From contig NC_043005.1 of NCBI RefSeq assembly GCF_006345805.1, positions 97,836,001 to 97,900,000 of the forward strand: a DNA stretch of 64,000 nucleotides, read 5' to 3'. The notes beneath the pieces are model-generated. The model searched no databases, was not told the DNA's origin, and saw nothing but the letters and a program-made list of their open reading frames with translations. Below, piece after piece: positions 11,194 to 23,381 of this stretch (the first letter of the stretch is position 1; each line of letters begins with the position of its first letter). This stretch comes from Octopus sinensis (lineage: Eukaryota). The position numbers and the translations under genes are program-made.

Positions 11194-14100
11194 AATGGGT
11201 AGATAAGGTAATCGAGGTAGTCAGAGTAAGTGACAGAATAATTAAGATTAGATTAGTGCTCCACCATAGTTTAGCAACTATTATATCGGCCTATGCCCCT
11301 CAGCCAGGGCTACCTGATGGACAGAAAGACTGTTTCTATGACACCCTACTGCAGACCACATCATTGACGAACGACAGAGACCTTCTCTTTGTGGCTGGTG
11401 ACTTCAATGGGCATGTTGGACGACGTGCTGGGGCTTCCATGGCGTGCATGGAGGCTACGGTTATGGTTCCCGCAACGAGGAGGGAACCAGGCTGCTGGAG
11501 TTCTGCGATGCGAATAGTCTTATGATTTGCAACACTAACTTCAGGAACCGACAAGCCACCTGGTCACCTACCGATCGGGCCGGCATACTAGCCAAATCGA
11601 CTACATCCTTGCCAGAAAAAGGGAAAGATGGCTGCTTATAAATGCCAAAACCTTCCCAAGTGAAGAATGCACCCCACAACATAGACTGGTAGTTAGTGAC
11701 TTTAGGATCAGGACTAAGAGGGCGACTAGAAGACGACCAACATGGAGAAGAAGGGTCTGGAAGCTTAAAGACCCTGCGAATGGACAGAGATTTAGAGATA
11801 TGTTATTTGAAGCTTTAGACGAAATGGAAGGGAGTATAGCTACGCATGGGGTAGAAGACAACTGGACGCTTCTGAGGGACAACCTGCTGAAAGCCGCTGA
11901 CCAGATCTGTGGCTGGTGCAAAGTCCCCTTAAGACCCAAAATAACGTGGTGGTGGAACAATATTGTTGACAGGGCTATTAGACAAAAGAAACAGGCTTGG
12001 AAGGCCTGGAAGAACGGTGGTAGCAGGAAGTGTATCAGTCTGCCAGAAGGGAAGCCAGGAGACAGGTCTATCTAGCCAGAGGGGAAGCAGAGAAAGAAAA
12101 ATTTGCCAATGTCCTGCGTCGTGAGGATGAAAGACTTGAGGTATTTCGTGTTGCAAGACAGTGTGTGAGAGAGAATCGTGACGTGGTAGGAGAGAAATGT
12201 GTTCGCAAGGAGGACGGTTCACTTGCACTTAATGAGGGTGCAAAGAGAGAGACTTGGAGACGCCACTATGATAGGTTGCTGAATGAAGAAAATGAATGGG
12301 ATAAAGAGAGTCTGCCGAATGTCGACCCAACAGAGGGACCAGCAATCCGAGTTAACAGTTCCTTAGTAGATAAGGCAATTAGAAGCATGAAAACAGGGAA
12401 GCCCCAGGCCCATCAGGAATTACTGCAGAGATGCTCAAAATATCTGGTGGTGTCGGCTATAGCTTAGTCACCCGTATAGTTAACCAGGTGATACACGAGG
12501 GGGTCATACCCAATGACTGGTGTAGCAGCATAATAGTCAACTGCTACAAAGGTAAAGGCGACGCCCTAGAGACAAATAACTACAGGGGCATCAAGCTGCT
12601 GGATCAGGTAATGAAGGTTACGGAGAGGGTTGTAGCCCAACTAATTAGAGAGAGAGTTACCTTAGATGATATGCAGTTTGGGTTTGTGCCAGGGAAAAGT
12701 ACTACTGATGCTATATTCCTGGTAAGACAGCTGCAGGAGAAATACCTAGCCAAAGATAAGCCCTTGTACCTGGCTTTTGTTGACTTGGAGAAAGCCTTTG
12801 ACAGGGTCCCCCGGTCCCTTATCTGGTGGTCAATGAGGAAACTAGGGATAGAAGAATGGTTGGTGAGAGCTGTGCAAGCCATGTACAGAGACGCTGCTAG
12901 TAAGGTGAGGGTGGGCAACGAGTACAGTGAAGAATTCCGGGTAGAGGTTGGGGTCCACCCAGGTTCAGTCCTCAGTCCCCTCCTATTTATCATAGTCCTC
13001 CAGGCAATAACGGAGGAATTCAAGACAGGTTGCCCCTGGGAGCTCCTCTATGCTGATGACCTTGCTCTAATTGCTGAGTCACTATCAGATCTGGAGGAGA
13101 AGTTTCCAGGTGTGGAAACAAGGATTAGAATCGAAGGGCCTTAGAATCAACCTAGCCAAAACCAAAGTTCTAATAAGTAGGAAGGTAGATCAATCACAAA
13201 CGCCTTCAGGTAGATGGCCCTGCTCGATCTGTAAAAAAGTGTGTAGGTAGAAACTCTATAAGATGCACCAAGTGTAAGCTATGGACACATAAGAGGTGCA
13301 GCAATGTCAAAGGAAGGCTAACTAGGAAAATAGTTTTGTCTGTGGCAAATGCTCAGGAGCAATAACACACTGGAAATATGCAGAGACCAACTTCTGCCAC
13401 GTTCCAGGGAGACAAACTAGAAGTAGTTGATAGCTTCCGCTACCTAGGAGACCAAGTCAGTAGCGGGGGTGGGTGTGCTGAAAGTGTAACTGCTAGAGTA
13501 AGAATAGCCTGGGCAAAGTTTAGAGAGCTCTTACCCCTGCTGGTGACAAAAGGCCTCTCGCTCAGAGTAAAAGGCAGACTGTATGATGCATGTGTACGTA
13601 CAGCCATGCTACATGGTAGTGAAACATGGGCCGTGACTGCTGAGGATATGCGTAAGCTCGCAAGAAATGAAGCCAGTATGCTCCGATGGATGTGTAATGT
13701 CAGTGTTCATAATCGTCAGAGTGTAAGCTCCTTGAGAGAAAAGCTGAACCTAAGAAGCGTCAGTTGTGGCGTGCAAGAGAGACGGCTGCGCTGGTATGGT
13801 CATGTGACAAGAAAGGCTGAAGATAGTTGTGTGCAAAAGTGCTACACCCTAGCAGTGGAGGGAACCTGTGGAAGAGGTAGACCCAGGAAAACCTGGGACG
13901 AGGTGGTGAAGCACGACCTTCGAACTTTAGGTCTCACTAAGGAAATGTCTAGAGACCGAGACCTATGGAAGTATGCTGTGCATGAGAAGACCCGGCAAGA
14001 CTAGTCAGGCCATAACCCGTGGCCCCGACCTGGGACGTAGTCAGTCCTGTGCATACCTTCCTTCTTGTGACACTTATGAAGACCTGTTGAGGCAAGTGAA

Positions 14101-14400
14101 ATCAAATCAAATCAAAACAAATCAAAATAGATGAACATCAGTGGAATTGTATTCTTTGTGGTACCAGTGCCGGTGGCACACACAAAAACCACCCAAACGT
14201 GGCCGTAACCAGTACCGCATCGACTGGCCTCCGTGCTGTGGGCACAACAAACACCATCCGATCGTGGCCGTTCGCCAGCCTCATCTGGCACCTGTGCCGG
14301 TGGCACATAAAGACACCATCCGAAGACCCGGCGACGTAGTCAGTCCACCTGTGCATACCTTCCCTCTTATGACACTTGTGAAGACCTGTTGAGGCAAGTG
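11194..14400 (+). mobile_element. 5'-truncated RTE-clade LINE body (APE endonuclease, RT, PHD-like finger), frameshifted
   Basis: Endonuclease motifs ISAYAPQ, AGDFNGHVG; RT motifs NYRGIKLL, QFGFVPGKSTTDAIF, FVDLEKAFDRVPR, YADD (13049-13060), FRYLG; C-terminal LRWYGHV and GRGRPRKTW; stop at 14004; UTR repeats 14005-14400. Confidence 0.95.
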
Positions 14401-14769
14401 TTGGGGGTGGCGTAAGACTTTGAGTGTATAAGGGAGACAAGGATGAGAAAAATTTAGGACTTCCTGTACCGGTGGTGGGGGTGGGAGGGCGGGTGCACCG
14501 CGAAAACCGGGCGCAGCCATTTCTTCCTTCTTCCTTCCTTGGGAGAGAAATAGTTATTAGTAGCTATAAATAAATACCTAAATTTTGCCTAACCTATGGG
14601 AGAAGCGTGGACGATAAGGAGCTAAAATTATAAATACATTTATTCTATATCTACGAGGCGTGAGACTGATCGATAAATAAAATAAAATTAGGGGCAAGCT
14701 TTAAGATTAAATATATATTTAACACAAGACATGAGACAACGATATATAATTAAGATGAACTATAGAATT

Positions 14770-14777
14770 ATATGTAC

Positions 14778-14819
<42 letters not shown>

Positions 14820-14911
14820 ATATATATAATATATATGTATATATATATGTATATATATATGTATATATATATGTATATATATGTATATATATATAATATA
14901 TATATATAATA

Positions 14912-14948
<37 letters not shown>

Positions 14949-14960
14949 GTATATATGTGG
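14770..14960. repeat. (TA)n microsatellite
   Basis: Directly visible. Confidence 0.95.
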
Positions 14961-14964
14961 TATA

Positions 14965-15162
14965 TATGTATATTTGTGTGCTTTTTTTCCCTCTGTTCGC
15001 CCACCTCGGGATCTTTCTTTCTTCCTTCTCTTATGTTTCCGACGAAGAACTCCGCTCGAAACGTCATACCCTCCTTCTTCCCTCTTTCCTGAGCGCCTAA
15101 TAATAATACTTTAATTGTTCCACGTGTTGTTGTTTTTTCTGTTTTCCCGTTTGGATTAACCT

Positions 15163-15165
<3 letters not shown>
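14965..15165 (+). mobile_element. Penelope-like pseudo-LTR fragment with hammerhead-like core
   Basis: ccgacgaagaactccgctcgaaacgtc followed by cttcc..tttcctgagcg.ctaataat..ttgttccacg..tttggattaac, homologous to 44108-44240. Hammerheads in Penelope pLTRs are established. Confidence 0.5.
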
Positions 15166-15194
<29 letters not shown>

Positions 15195-15564
15195 CACGTA
15201 TGTATGTATGTATGAATGCATATGCATATGCATATATGTATGTATGTATGCATGTATGTATGTGCGTGTGTGTATGTGTGTGTGTGTATATATGTAGGTT
15301 TACCTATTTTATATCACACCTTGATGCCGTATGGATTGAAATCCTTGCTGATAGGTTGTTGATATCAAATAAAGTGTCAAATGCTCATAGTATGCAAATT
15401 AGTGGCTCCAGTTTTCTGCAGCTAGTGGGATCTTTCTTGTGTATATAAATAAATCGGCAGCTTATTTCTGTGGGATTGGGTCAAGTTATGTAGACATCTC
15501 TGATGAGAACTCAATAAGGTTCAAAAATATATATTGAACACACACACACACTCACAAATAGTAT

Positions 15565-15705
15565 ATGGTGATGATGACGACAACGACAACGATGATGATG
15601 ATGAGGATGATGATGATGATGAGGATGATGTTGATGATGAGGATGATGAGGATAATGATAATGATGCCGATGATGATGATGATCACCACCACCACCACCA
15701 CCATT

Positions 15706-15762
<57 letters not shown>
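15565..15762. repeat. (GAT)n then (CAC/CAT)n compound microsatellite
   Basis: Directly visible. Confidence 0.9.
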
Positions 15763-15789
15763 GTAAACCTCCAGTCTTCTTTCTGACAC

Positions 15790-16040
15790 ATTGATAAAGA
15801 CAAAGCTACTAAATTGGCTAGTTATCTATAGAGACCAACTGCACATTACATACAATCAATTAGAGAATTGTGGATAAATCTTCACTATATATAAATGAAT
15901 CAAAAAGATGTAAGTTATGCATAGCAGAAAGATTGCACATTCATTTTAGATCCAGAAATTCCACCACACTACTTAATTCCAGATCTGAAATTTTTAGCAA
16001 ATGCAAACACATAGACAAGTTTCTTTTGTTGAACTGGAGG
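15790..16040 (+). mobile_element. Penelope-like element, GIY-YIG C-terminal fragment
   Basis: ATKLASYL..VDKSSLYINESKRCKLCIAERLHI..LLNSRSEIFSKCKHIDKFLL matches the PLE terminal C.LC..EK..I..LLN.RSE....CRH motif. Confidence 0.75.
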
Positions 16041-17181
16041 ACATCAGCCACTCTGGATTGAGTAGTTATCTCACAGACTTTGGCCTACTCTCAGTAATAT
16101 TATTCTACATCAGCAAGTACTCTTTTCTCATTTAACTTTTTCATCAACCTTTTTCATATTATTTTTCTCATGTTTTCTCCGAGGTTAGTGTCCTGGTTTT
16201 TAAATACATCTAACAATATGCATTGAGCCTAAAATATTTCTTGGAAATACATGGCATGTTATATAAGCCAGTCAAATTATTGTCTCTCTAAAGTATAAAA
16301 CAATTAGTAGCTCTTTTGTAACTTGCGTATATTAAATGAAATATGTATATATGTATTTATGCATGTCTGTATGTACATATGATATACATATATATAGGCA
16401 ACTCCAGGTCATCAGCATCACTTGGGCTTATCATAGATTTTGCATAAATAAGACACATGCCTGCTCGAAGAATTTCACATTTTTCCGCAATATTTCTAGC
16501 CCCAAATGGCTTATACTTTATATCTAGTGCTACGTCTTTCTTCATTTCAAAGTAAAGGGCAAAAATAAAGCAACCCTGCAAAACACAACTGATTTTTAGA
16601 CTCAAACATACAGAATAACAGCAATCAAATAACAACAGCTGAGTCAACAACAAACATCAGTGATCTGACTGTTGCCTGTACTCTTGACAAGAGATGCCAG
16701 TTAGACTTTTACACCTACCAGGCTCGTTCATTTTAGCCAGAGTTGCTGGGTAATTTTTTGTTCCTTTAAGAATATTGTAGAATGGAAACTTTCCATAGAT
16801 TGGAATTTTAACCCTAGTCTCTATAAAAATTTATTGTTTCATGAAAACATTGAATTTGAGCTACTTTTAATTTTTATGATTATGGATAACAACTCAGGCT
16901 GGTACCTTCTGAGCCGGAGTCAGGCACATGTGAGCAATGTCGCGAGAACGTCTGCTACGAATGATATTTTTTGGCACAGGGCACCTTGAAGACGACCACC
17001 AGATACTGAATGAAAATAAATGAACTGCGACCAGGCTCAATAAAAGGAGCCTGAATTATGGGCTGCAATTACATACTTGAAGTCAATGTTGGCAAAAATT
17101 AAATCAGCTTGCAAATACACGTTCACTTAACTAAATTTATACACGGGCTAAGCCCAAACAGCCCAAGTGCTGAAGTCGCCA

Positions 17182-17211
<30 letters not shown>

Positions 17212-17212
<1 letters not shown>

Positions 17213-17425
17213 CATCATCATCACTGTTTAATGTCCATTTTCCATGCTGACATGGGTTGGATGGTTTGACTGGGGACTGGCAAGCCAGGAGGCCTCACCA
17301 GGCTCGAATCTGATCTGGCTATGTTTCTACAGCTGGATGCTCTTCCTAATGCCAACCACTCTGAGAGTGTAGTAGGTGCTTTTTACGTGCTACTGGTCTG
17401 GGAGCCAGTCAGACGGCTCTGGCAT
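17212..17425 (-). mobile_element. RTE 3' end (family A)
   Basis: (CAT)n tail next to (TA)n; conserved family A motifs. Confidence 0.8.
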
Positions 17426-17444
17426 TGGCCACATTCAGATACAA

Positions 17445-18635
17445 ACACTACTTTCTCTATCAACATTCCTACTAGTCCACCTCATCTCTTATGTGTCCAT
17501 AGCTTGCACTGCATGCACCAAATAGAATTTTGGCCTAAACCCTTTCTACATAGTGAGCTGGGCCATTTACCAGAAGGGCGAAGGGTCTTATCTGAATTCA
17601 TACTTACTAGGACCTTGGTCCTTACTAAGTTCACTTTGATTCCAGGTTCTCTTTCCACTCTTGGAATTTCTTTTTTAATTCTGTCACAGATTCTGCTATG
17701 AGAGCAAGATCATCAGCATATACTGGTTCCCACGGACTTCAGTCTTAAATTCTTCTGTTATGGCCTGGAGGATGAGGATGAATAGGAGGAGGCTGAACAT
17801 TGGTAAACAACTACTTGTATGATAAATTCCTCACTATTCCCATGGCCAACTCTTACCTTACTAACAACACCCTCTACATGGCCTGTACTGCTTTCACAAA
17901 CTATTCGTTTATTCCTAGCTTCTTCAGGGATCACTATATCACAGAGTGAGGTACTCTGTTGAAGGCTTTCTCTAAATCAATACATGTCAAGTACAATGGT
18001 TTCTTCTTAACTAAATACTTCTTTTGCAGTTGCCTGACTATGAAAATAGCATGTGTGGTGCTTCTTCCCAGGACAGGAGAAAGCCAAAGTACATTTCATC
18101 AGGTCTAATTCTGTTCCTAATCAATTGGGCTATAACTCACCCCACGCTTTCATCACCTGGTCCAGCAACTAGATGTCTTTATAATTACTTCTAGCTAAGG
18201 TATTACCCTTGCCCTTATAGCAGTTGACTATAATGCTGCTTTAACAGTCATTAGGGATTATACTTTCCTGAATAACCTGATTAACTATACAGGTAACAAG
18301 ACTGTATCCAACGCTACCAGATATCTTAAGTACCTCTACAGTGACTCCCGATGGACCTTCCCTATCTTTATAATTTTAATTGCCTTATCTATTATGTTGC
18401 TGTCAATTAGGATCGCTGGTCCCTCTACTGAGTTCACAAGAGTAAGACTCCCTTTCTCCCATCCATTCTCCGCATTTCATAATCTTTCATAGTAGCTCTT
18501 CCATGCCTCTTTTATTTTCAGGACCACTAAGAGCAAGTGTACCATTATCTGTCCATGCACATTTCTTGCCCACGACATCTTGATTCTCTCTAATACACAG
18601 TCTGGCAACCTGGAACACTATAAGTCTCTGATATT
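17445..18635 (-). mobile_element. Degraded RTE RT region, same family as 11194-14400
   Basis: Reverse complement is collinear with about 12130-13330 (VARxCxRENxDVVG, VNCYKGKG, PHD-finger segment). Confidence 0.85.
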
Positions 18636-18759
18636 CATACTGTAAGACAGACAGACAGGCAAACAGACAGACATACAGACAGACATACAGACAGACATAC
18701 AGACAGACAGACATACAGACAGACAGACAGACACATGCATGCACACACACAGAAATACA

Positions 18760-20795
18760 CACACACACACATACATATGTGAATATGAGGGGTTTAGTTC
18801 ACTGGTAATTTAAACGTAAAAGTACGCTGAGTAAATGCTATAATTGGTCATCCATTAGGTTCTAAGTTCACAGCCCAGGCTGGAGCCAGGGATCCGTATT
18901 AGGCTTCCATGTTAACAGGTATATATTATATCTGAGGAAAAAGGACAACAAAATCCAAGGCTGGAAGAGTATCTCAAGTCATTTAGAATAATTTAATTAG
19001 GTTAAGGGTAAGGTGAAGCTGTAAGACTTACCTTACCTTAGTTGAATTATTCTAAATGACTAGAGATACTCAGCCAGCCTTGGCTTTTGTTGTCCCTTTC
19101 CCCTCTAATATAATACATACATATGTATATATATATATATATGTGCTTGTGTGTGTGTGTTTGTGTATACACACACACATATACATAAATATATTAGCTA
19201 CCTCTCTACATACCTACCTATATACATTCTTACATATATGCCACAATTCAACAGGAATAGAACCAACTCATGCATGCACCTTATGTGACTGCTTAATCAG
19301 GACACAAGGCTGGAGACTATCTTCACCCAGGCATTGTTATTAATACAGCCTCAGTGGACAGCAGTTCGCCAAGTGTCAATTGTCACTTCACTAAACAACT
19401 TGACAACTACACACAGAAATATCATACATGTTTCCCACCTGCAGTCAAGGATTTATAACATGACACAAAGAAAATCCATTAACCTTTGTGTGTGTGTGTA
19501 TGTGTGCGTGTGTGTGCGCGTGTGTGCACACATGCATGTTTATGTGTGTATACATATATACAAACATACAGACAGACATACAGACACATATATAAATATA
19601 AAAATTAGTGTACAGACTTTGTATACATACTAGGCCACTAGCAGAAAAATTTCTATAATTTTTCCTACCCTATATTAATTTTAATATATATACATACATA
19701 CATATATATCATCATCATCATCATCATCGTTTAACGTCCGTTCTCCATATACACACAAACATATATACACACACACACACACATACATATGTGAATATGA
19801 GGGGTTTAGTTCACTGGTAATTTAAACGTAAAAGTACGCTGAGTAAATGCTATAATTGGTCATCCATTAGGTTCTAAGTTCACAGCCCAGGCTGGAGCCA
19901 GGGATCCGTATTAGGCTTCCATGTTAACAGGTATATATTATATCTGAGGAAAAAGGACAACAAAATCCAAGGCTGGAAGAGTATCTCAAGTCATTTAGAA
20001 TAATTTAATTAGGTTAAGGGTAAGGTGAAGCTGTAAGACTTACCTTACCTTAGTTGAATTATTCTAAATGACTAGAGATACTCAGCCAGCCTTGGCTTTT
20101 GTTGTCCCTTTCCCCTCTAATATAATACATACATATGTATATATATATATATATGTGCTTGTGTGTGTGTGTTTGTGTATACACACACACATATACATAA
20201 ATATATTTAGCTACCTCTCTACATACCTACCTATATACATTCTTACATATATGCCACAATTCAACAGGAATAGAACCAACTCATGCATGCACCTTATGTG
20301 ACTGCTTAATCAGGACACAAGGCTGGAGACTATCTTCACCCAGGCATTGTTATTAATACAGCCTCAGTGGACAGCAGTTCGCCAAGTGTCAATTGTCACT
20401 TCACTAAACAACTTGACAACTACACACAGAAATATCATACATGTTTCCCACCTGCAGTCAAGGATTTATAACATGACACAAAGAAAATCCATTAACCTTT
20501 GTGTGTGTGTGTATGTGTGCGTGTGTGTGCGCGTGTGTGCACACATGCATGTTTATGTGTGTATACATATATACAAACATACAGACAGACATACAGACAC
20601 ATATATAAATATAAAAATTAGTGTACAGACTTTGTATACATACTAGGCCACTAGCAGAAAAATTTCTATAATTTTTCCTACCCTATATTAATTTTAATAT
20701 ATATACATACATACATATATATCATCATCATCATCATCATCGTTTAACGTCCGTTCTCCATATACACACAAACATATATACACACACACACACAC
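18760..20795. repeat. Near-identical tandem duplication, period 1012 bp
   Basis: gaatatgagg at 18781 recurs at 19793; the units differ by only about one indel by eye; both boundaries lie in (CA)n. Confidence 0.95.
18924..19115. mobile_element. Hairpin (fold-back) MITE-like element; second copy at 19936-20127
   Basis: Arms of about 88 bp (tattata..ggacaacaaaa.ccaaggctgg..gagtatctc.agtcatttagaataatt..ggtaag) are reverse complements around a short loop. Confidence 0.7.
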
Positions 20796-21090
20796 ATATA
20801 TATACATACATACATACATGTATATATATGATCATACCTGTATATACATATATATGTGCGTGTGTGTATGTTTGTGTGTGTGTATGTGTGTGTGTGTTCG
20901 TGCATGCATGCGTGTGTGTGTCTGTGTGTTTGTGTGTGTGTGTGTGAACAGACAGATGAATGTGTGTGTAGTAGAACAAAACAGAAAGAACACCAGGGCC
21001 AAGACCTGGAGACATCAGTCCATATAATGTGACTGCCTTTTGAAGAATCTGCACTCTTGTCAAATAACTCCTCGTTAATAGTTATTACAG

Positions 21091-21126
<36 letters not shown>

Positions 21127-21393
21127 ACTATTACTAGAAATGCATAAACATATGTCTGTCTACGAACACACTCACACACACACACATGATTAAGAAAAGG
21201 GATTACAATGGAATAAATGATTATTTTATGCATTTCATTAGCTTACAGCTGTTTCCATTATAAGAAACAGTGGACTCATAGTTGAGTGCCTGAGTAATGC
21301 CTTACAGTTTTATCACAGTTTCAAACATGAAGTGCAATTTTTATGCGGAAACAAATACATTTATGTATATATACAGGAAAGCATTACCAATAT

Positions 21394-21890
21394 ATCATCA
21401 TCATCATTTAATGTCCATTGTCCATGCTGGCATGGGTTGGACAGTTTGACCAAAGCTGGTAAGTAGAGGGGCTGCACCAGACCCCAGTCTGATTCGGCAT
21501 GGTTTCTATGGCTGGATGATCTTCCCATTGCCAACCACTCTGAGAGTGTAATGGGTGCTTTTACATGCCACCAGCACCGGTGCCAGTTGCGTGACGCCAG
21601 TATCTTCCATGACTACGATTTCACTTGGATCGATGGGTCTTCTACTCAAACATGACATAATGCCAAAGGGCTTGGTCATTTATCATTGCCTCCAAGAGGC
21701 CAAATGATTGAAAGGTGCTTTTTATGTACCACAGGCATGGGTGCTAGTTACACAAGGCTCAAAAGGTCTTTTTTGTATGCCACCAGTGTGGGTGCCAGTT
21801 ACGTGACACTGGCTTCGACCATGACTGCAACTTCACTTGACTTGAAATGGGTCTCCTCATGGAGTGCGGGTCTTCTCAAGCATGGTATAA
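21394..21890 (-). mobile_element. RTE 3' UTR (family A) with degenerate unit repeats
   Basis: catcatcatcatttaatgtcc..ccatgctggcatgggttgg; ggtgctttt..tgccac units. Confidence 0.75.
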
Positions 21891-21993
21891 CATCTATATA
21901 TATAGAATAATAATATTAGGGAGTATATCCAAACTCTACAGGGTTTTTTATCCTATTATTGAGTTGCCTAATAGTGGTTTTATCTCTAATTTA

Positions 21994-22038
<45 letters not shown>

Positions 22039-22109
22039 CTTCCATCATATGACACAAGATCACCTCCTCCAATGTTCTCTCCTCTCTCAAAAGAGATTAT
22101 TTTTGTCTT

Positions 22110-22410
22110 GCAAGTACTTGGCGACCCTGTCAGTGCAGGTGCCACTTAAAATCAGCCAGTCCACACTGTAAAGTGTTTAGTGTTAGGAAGGGCATCCACC
22201 TGTACTAACCTGGGAAAAACTGACCTTGACTGTGCTTGTGCCATGTAAAAAGCACTAAATCCACTCTGTTGAGTGGTTGGTGTTAGGAAGGGCATCCAGC
22301 TGTAAAAATCCTGCCAAAACAATTACAAAAGTCTGGTGCAGGCTTCTGCCTGGCTGGCCTTTGTCAAACCATCCTACCCATGCCAGCATGATGATGATGA
22401 TAATGATGTG
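22110..22410 (+). mobile_element. RTE-type 3' UTR variant
   Basis: gttaggaagggcatcca occurs twice; ccatgccagcatgatgatg tail. Confidence 0.65.
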
Positions 22411-22724
22411 AGTGAGTGTGTGTGTATTTATACGCAGACACTCGTAATAGGATAAAAATATTAATAAGTAAACAACTGGTGTTGGGCTTGATTACGACAT
22501 TTATAAATTTAAACCTGATGGTTGAATTTTTATGAGTATACACAAGAATTATACATAAGAAGGAAGGAAGCAATAAGGCAGGCAGAGTCTCTCTCTCAAC
22601 TGTTCCAAGAACATATGTGCAGATTGTGCATGTTGTGCAAAACAAATGGTAACAACCCATATTGTGTGGTTATCTGTTCCATCATCAGAGAAGAATGAGA
22701 TGCAGCAGTGACAGTGCTTGAATT

Positions 22725-22739
22725 ATATATGTATATATA

Positions 22740-22816
<77 letters not shown>

Positions 22817-22863
22817 GTGTGTGTGTGTGTGTTTATATATATATATATATATATGTATATAAA

Positions 22864-22897
<34 letters not shown>

Positions 22898-22915
22898 CAT
22901 ATATACATAGATACA

Positions 22916-22949
<34 letters not shown>

Positions 22950-22950
22950 C

Positions 22951-22988
<38 letters not shown>

Positions 22989-23215
22989 ATGAATATGTAT
23001 TTATGCACAACAATGTATTTGCATCAGATATTAATGGGTGAATTATTAAATATGAGTGTAACGTATGTGTATATGTGTGTATATATCATTGTTTTTTTTG
23101 CATGTATGTATGTATGTTTGTGTGTGTGTGTATGTATGTGTGTGTGAGTGCACATCTTAGTGCATAGGTGTGTGTACATGTGTGAGTGTGGGTGTGTGTG
23201 TGTGTGCGCGCGCGC
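22725..23215. repeat. Compound (TA)/(TG)/(TACA) microsatellites
   Basis: Directly visible. Confidence 0.9.
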
Positions 23216-23339
23216 GTGTGTGTGTATTTGTATGTATTTTTTTTAGCCTTTACAAATAAAATTTTGGTAATTGATGTCTCTGGACTGAAGAAAGTGACAG
23301 TGAAATTGATAATGTTGTTCATAAATGAAAGAAAACAGT

Positions 23340-23381
<42 letters not shown>

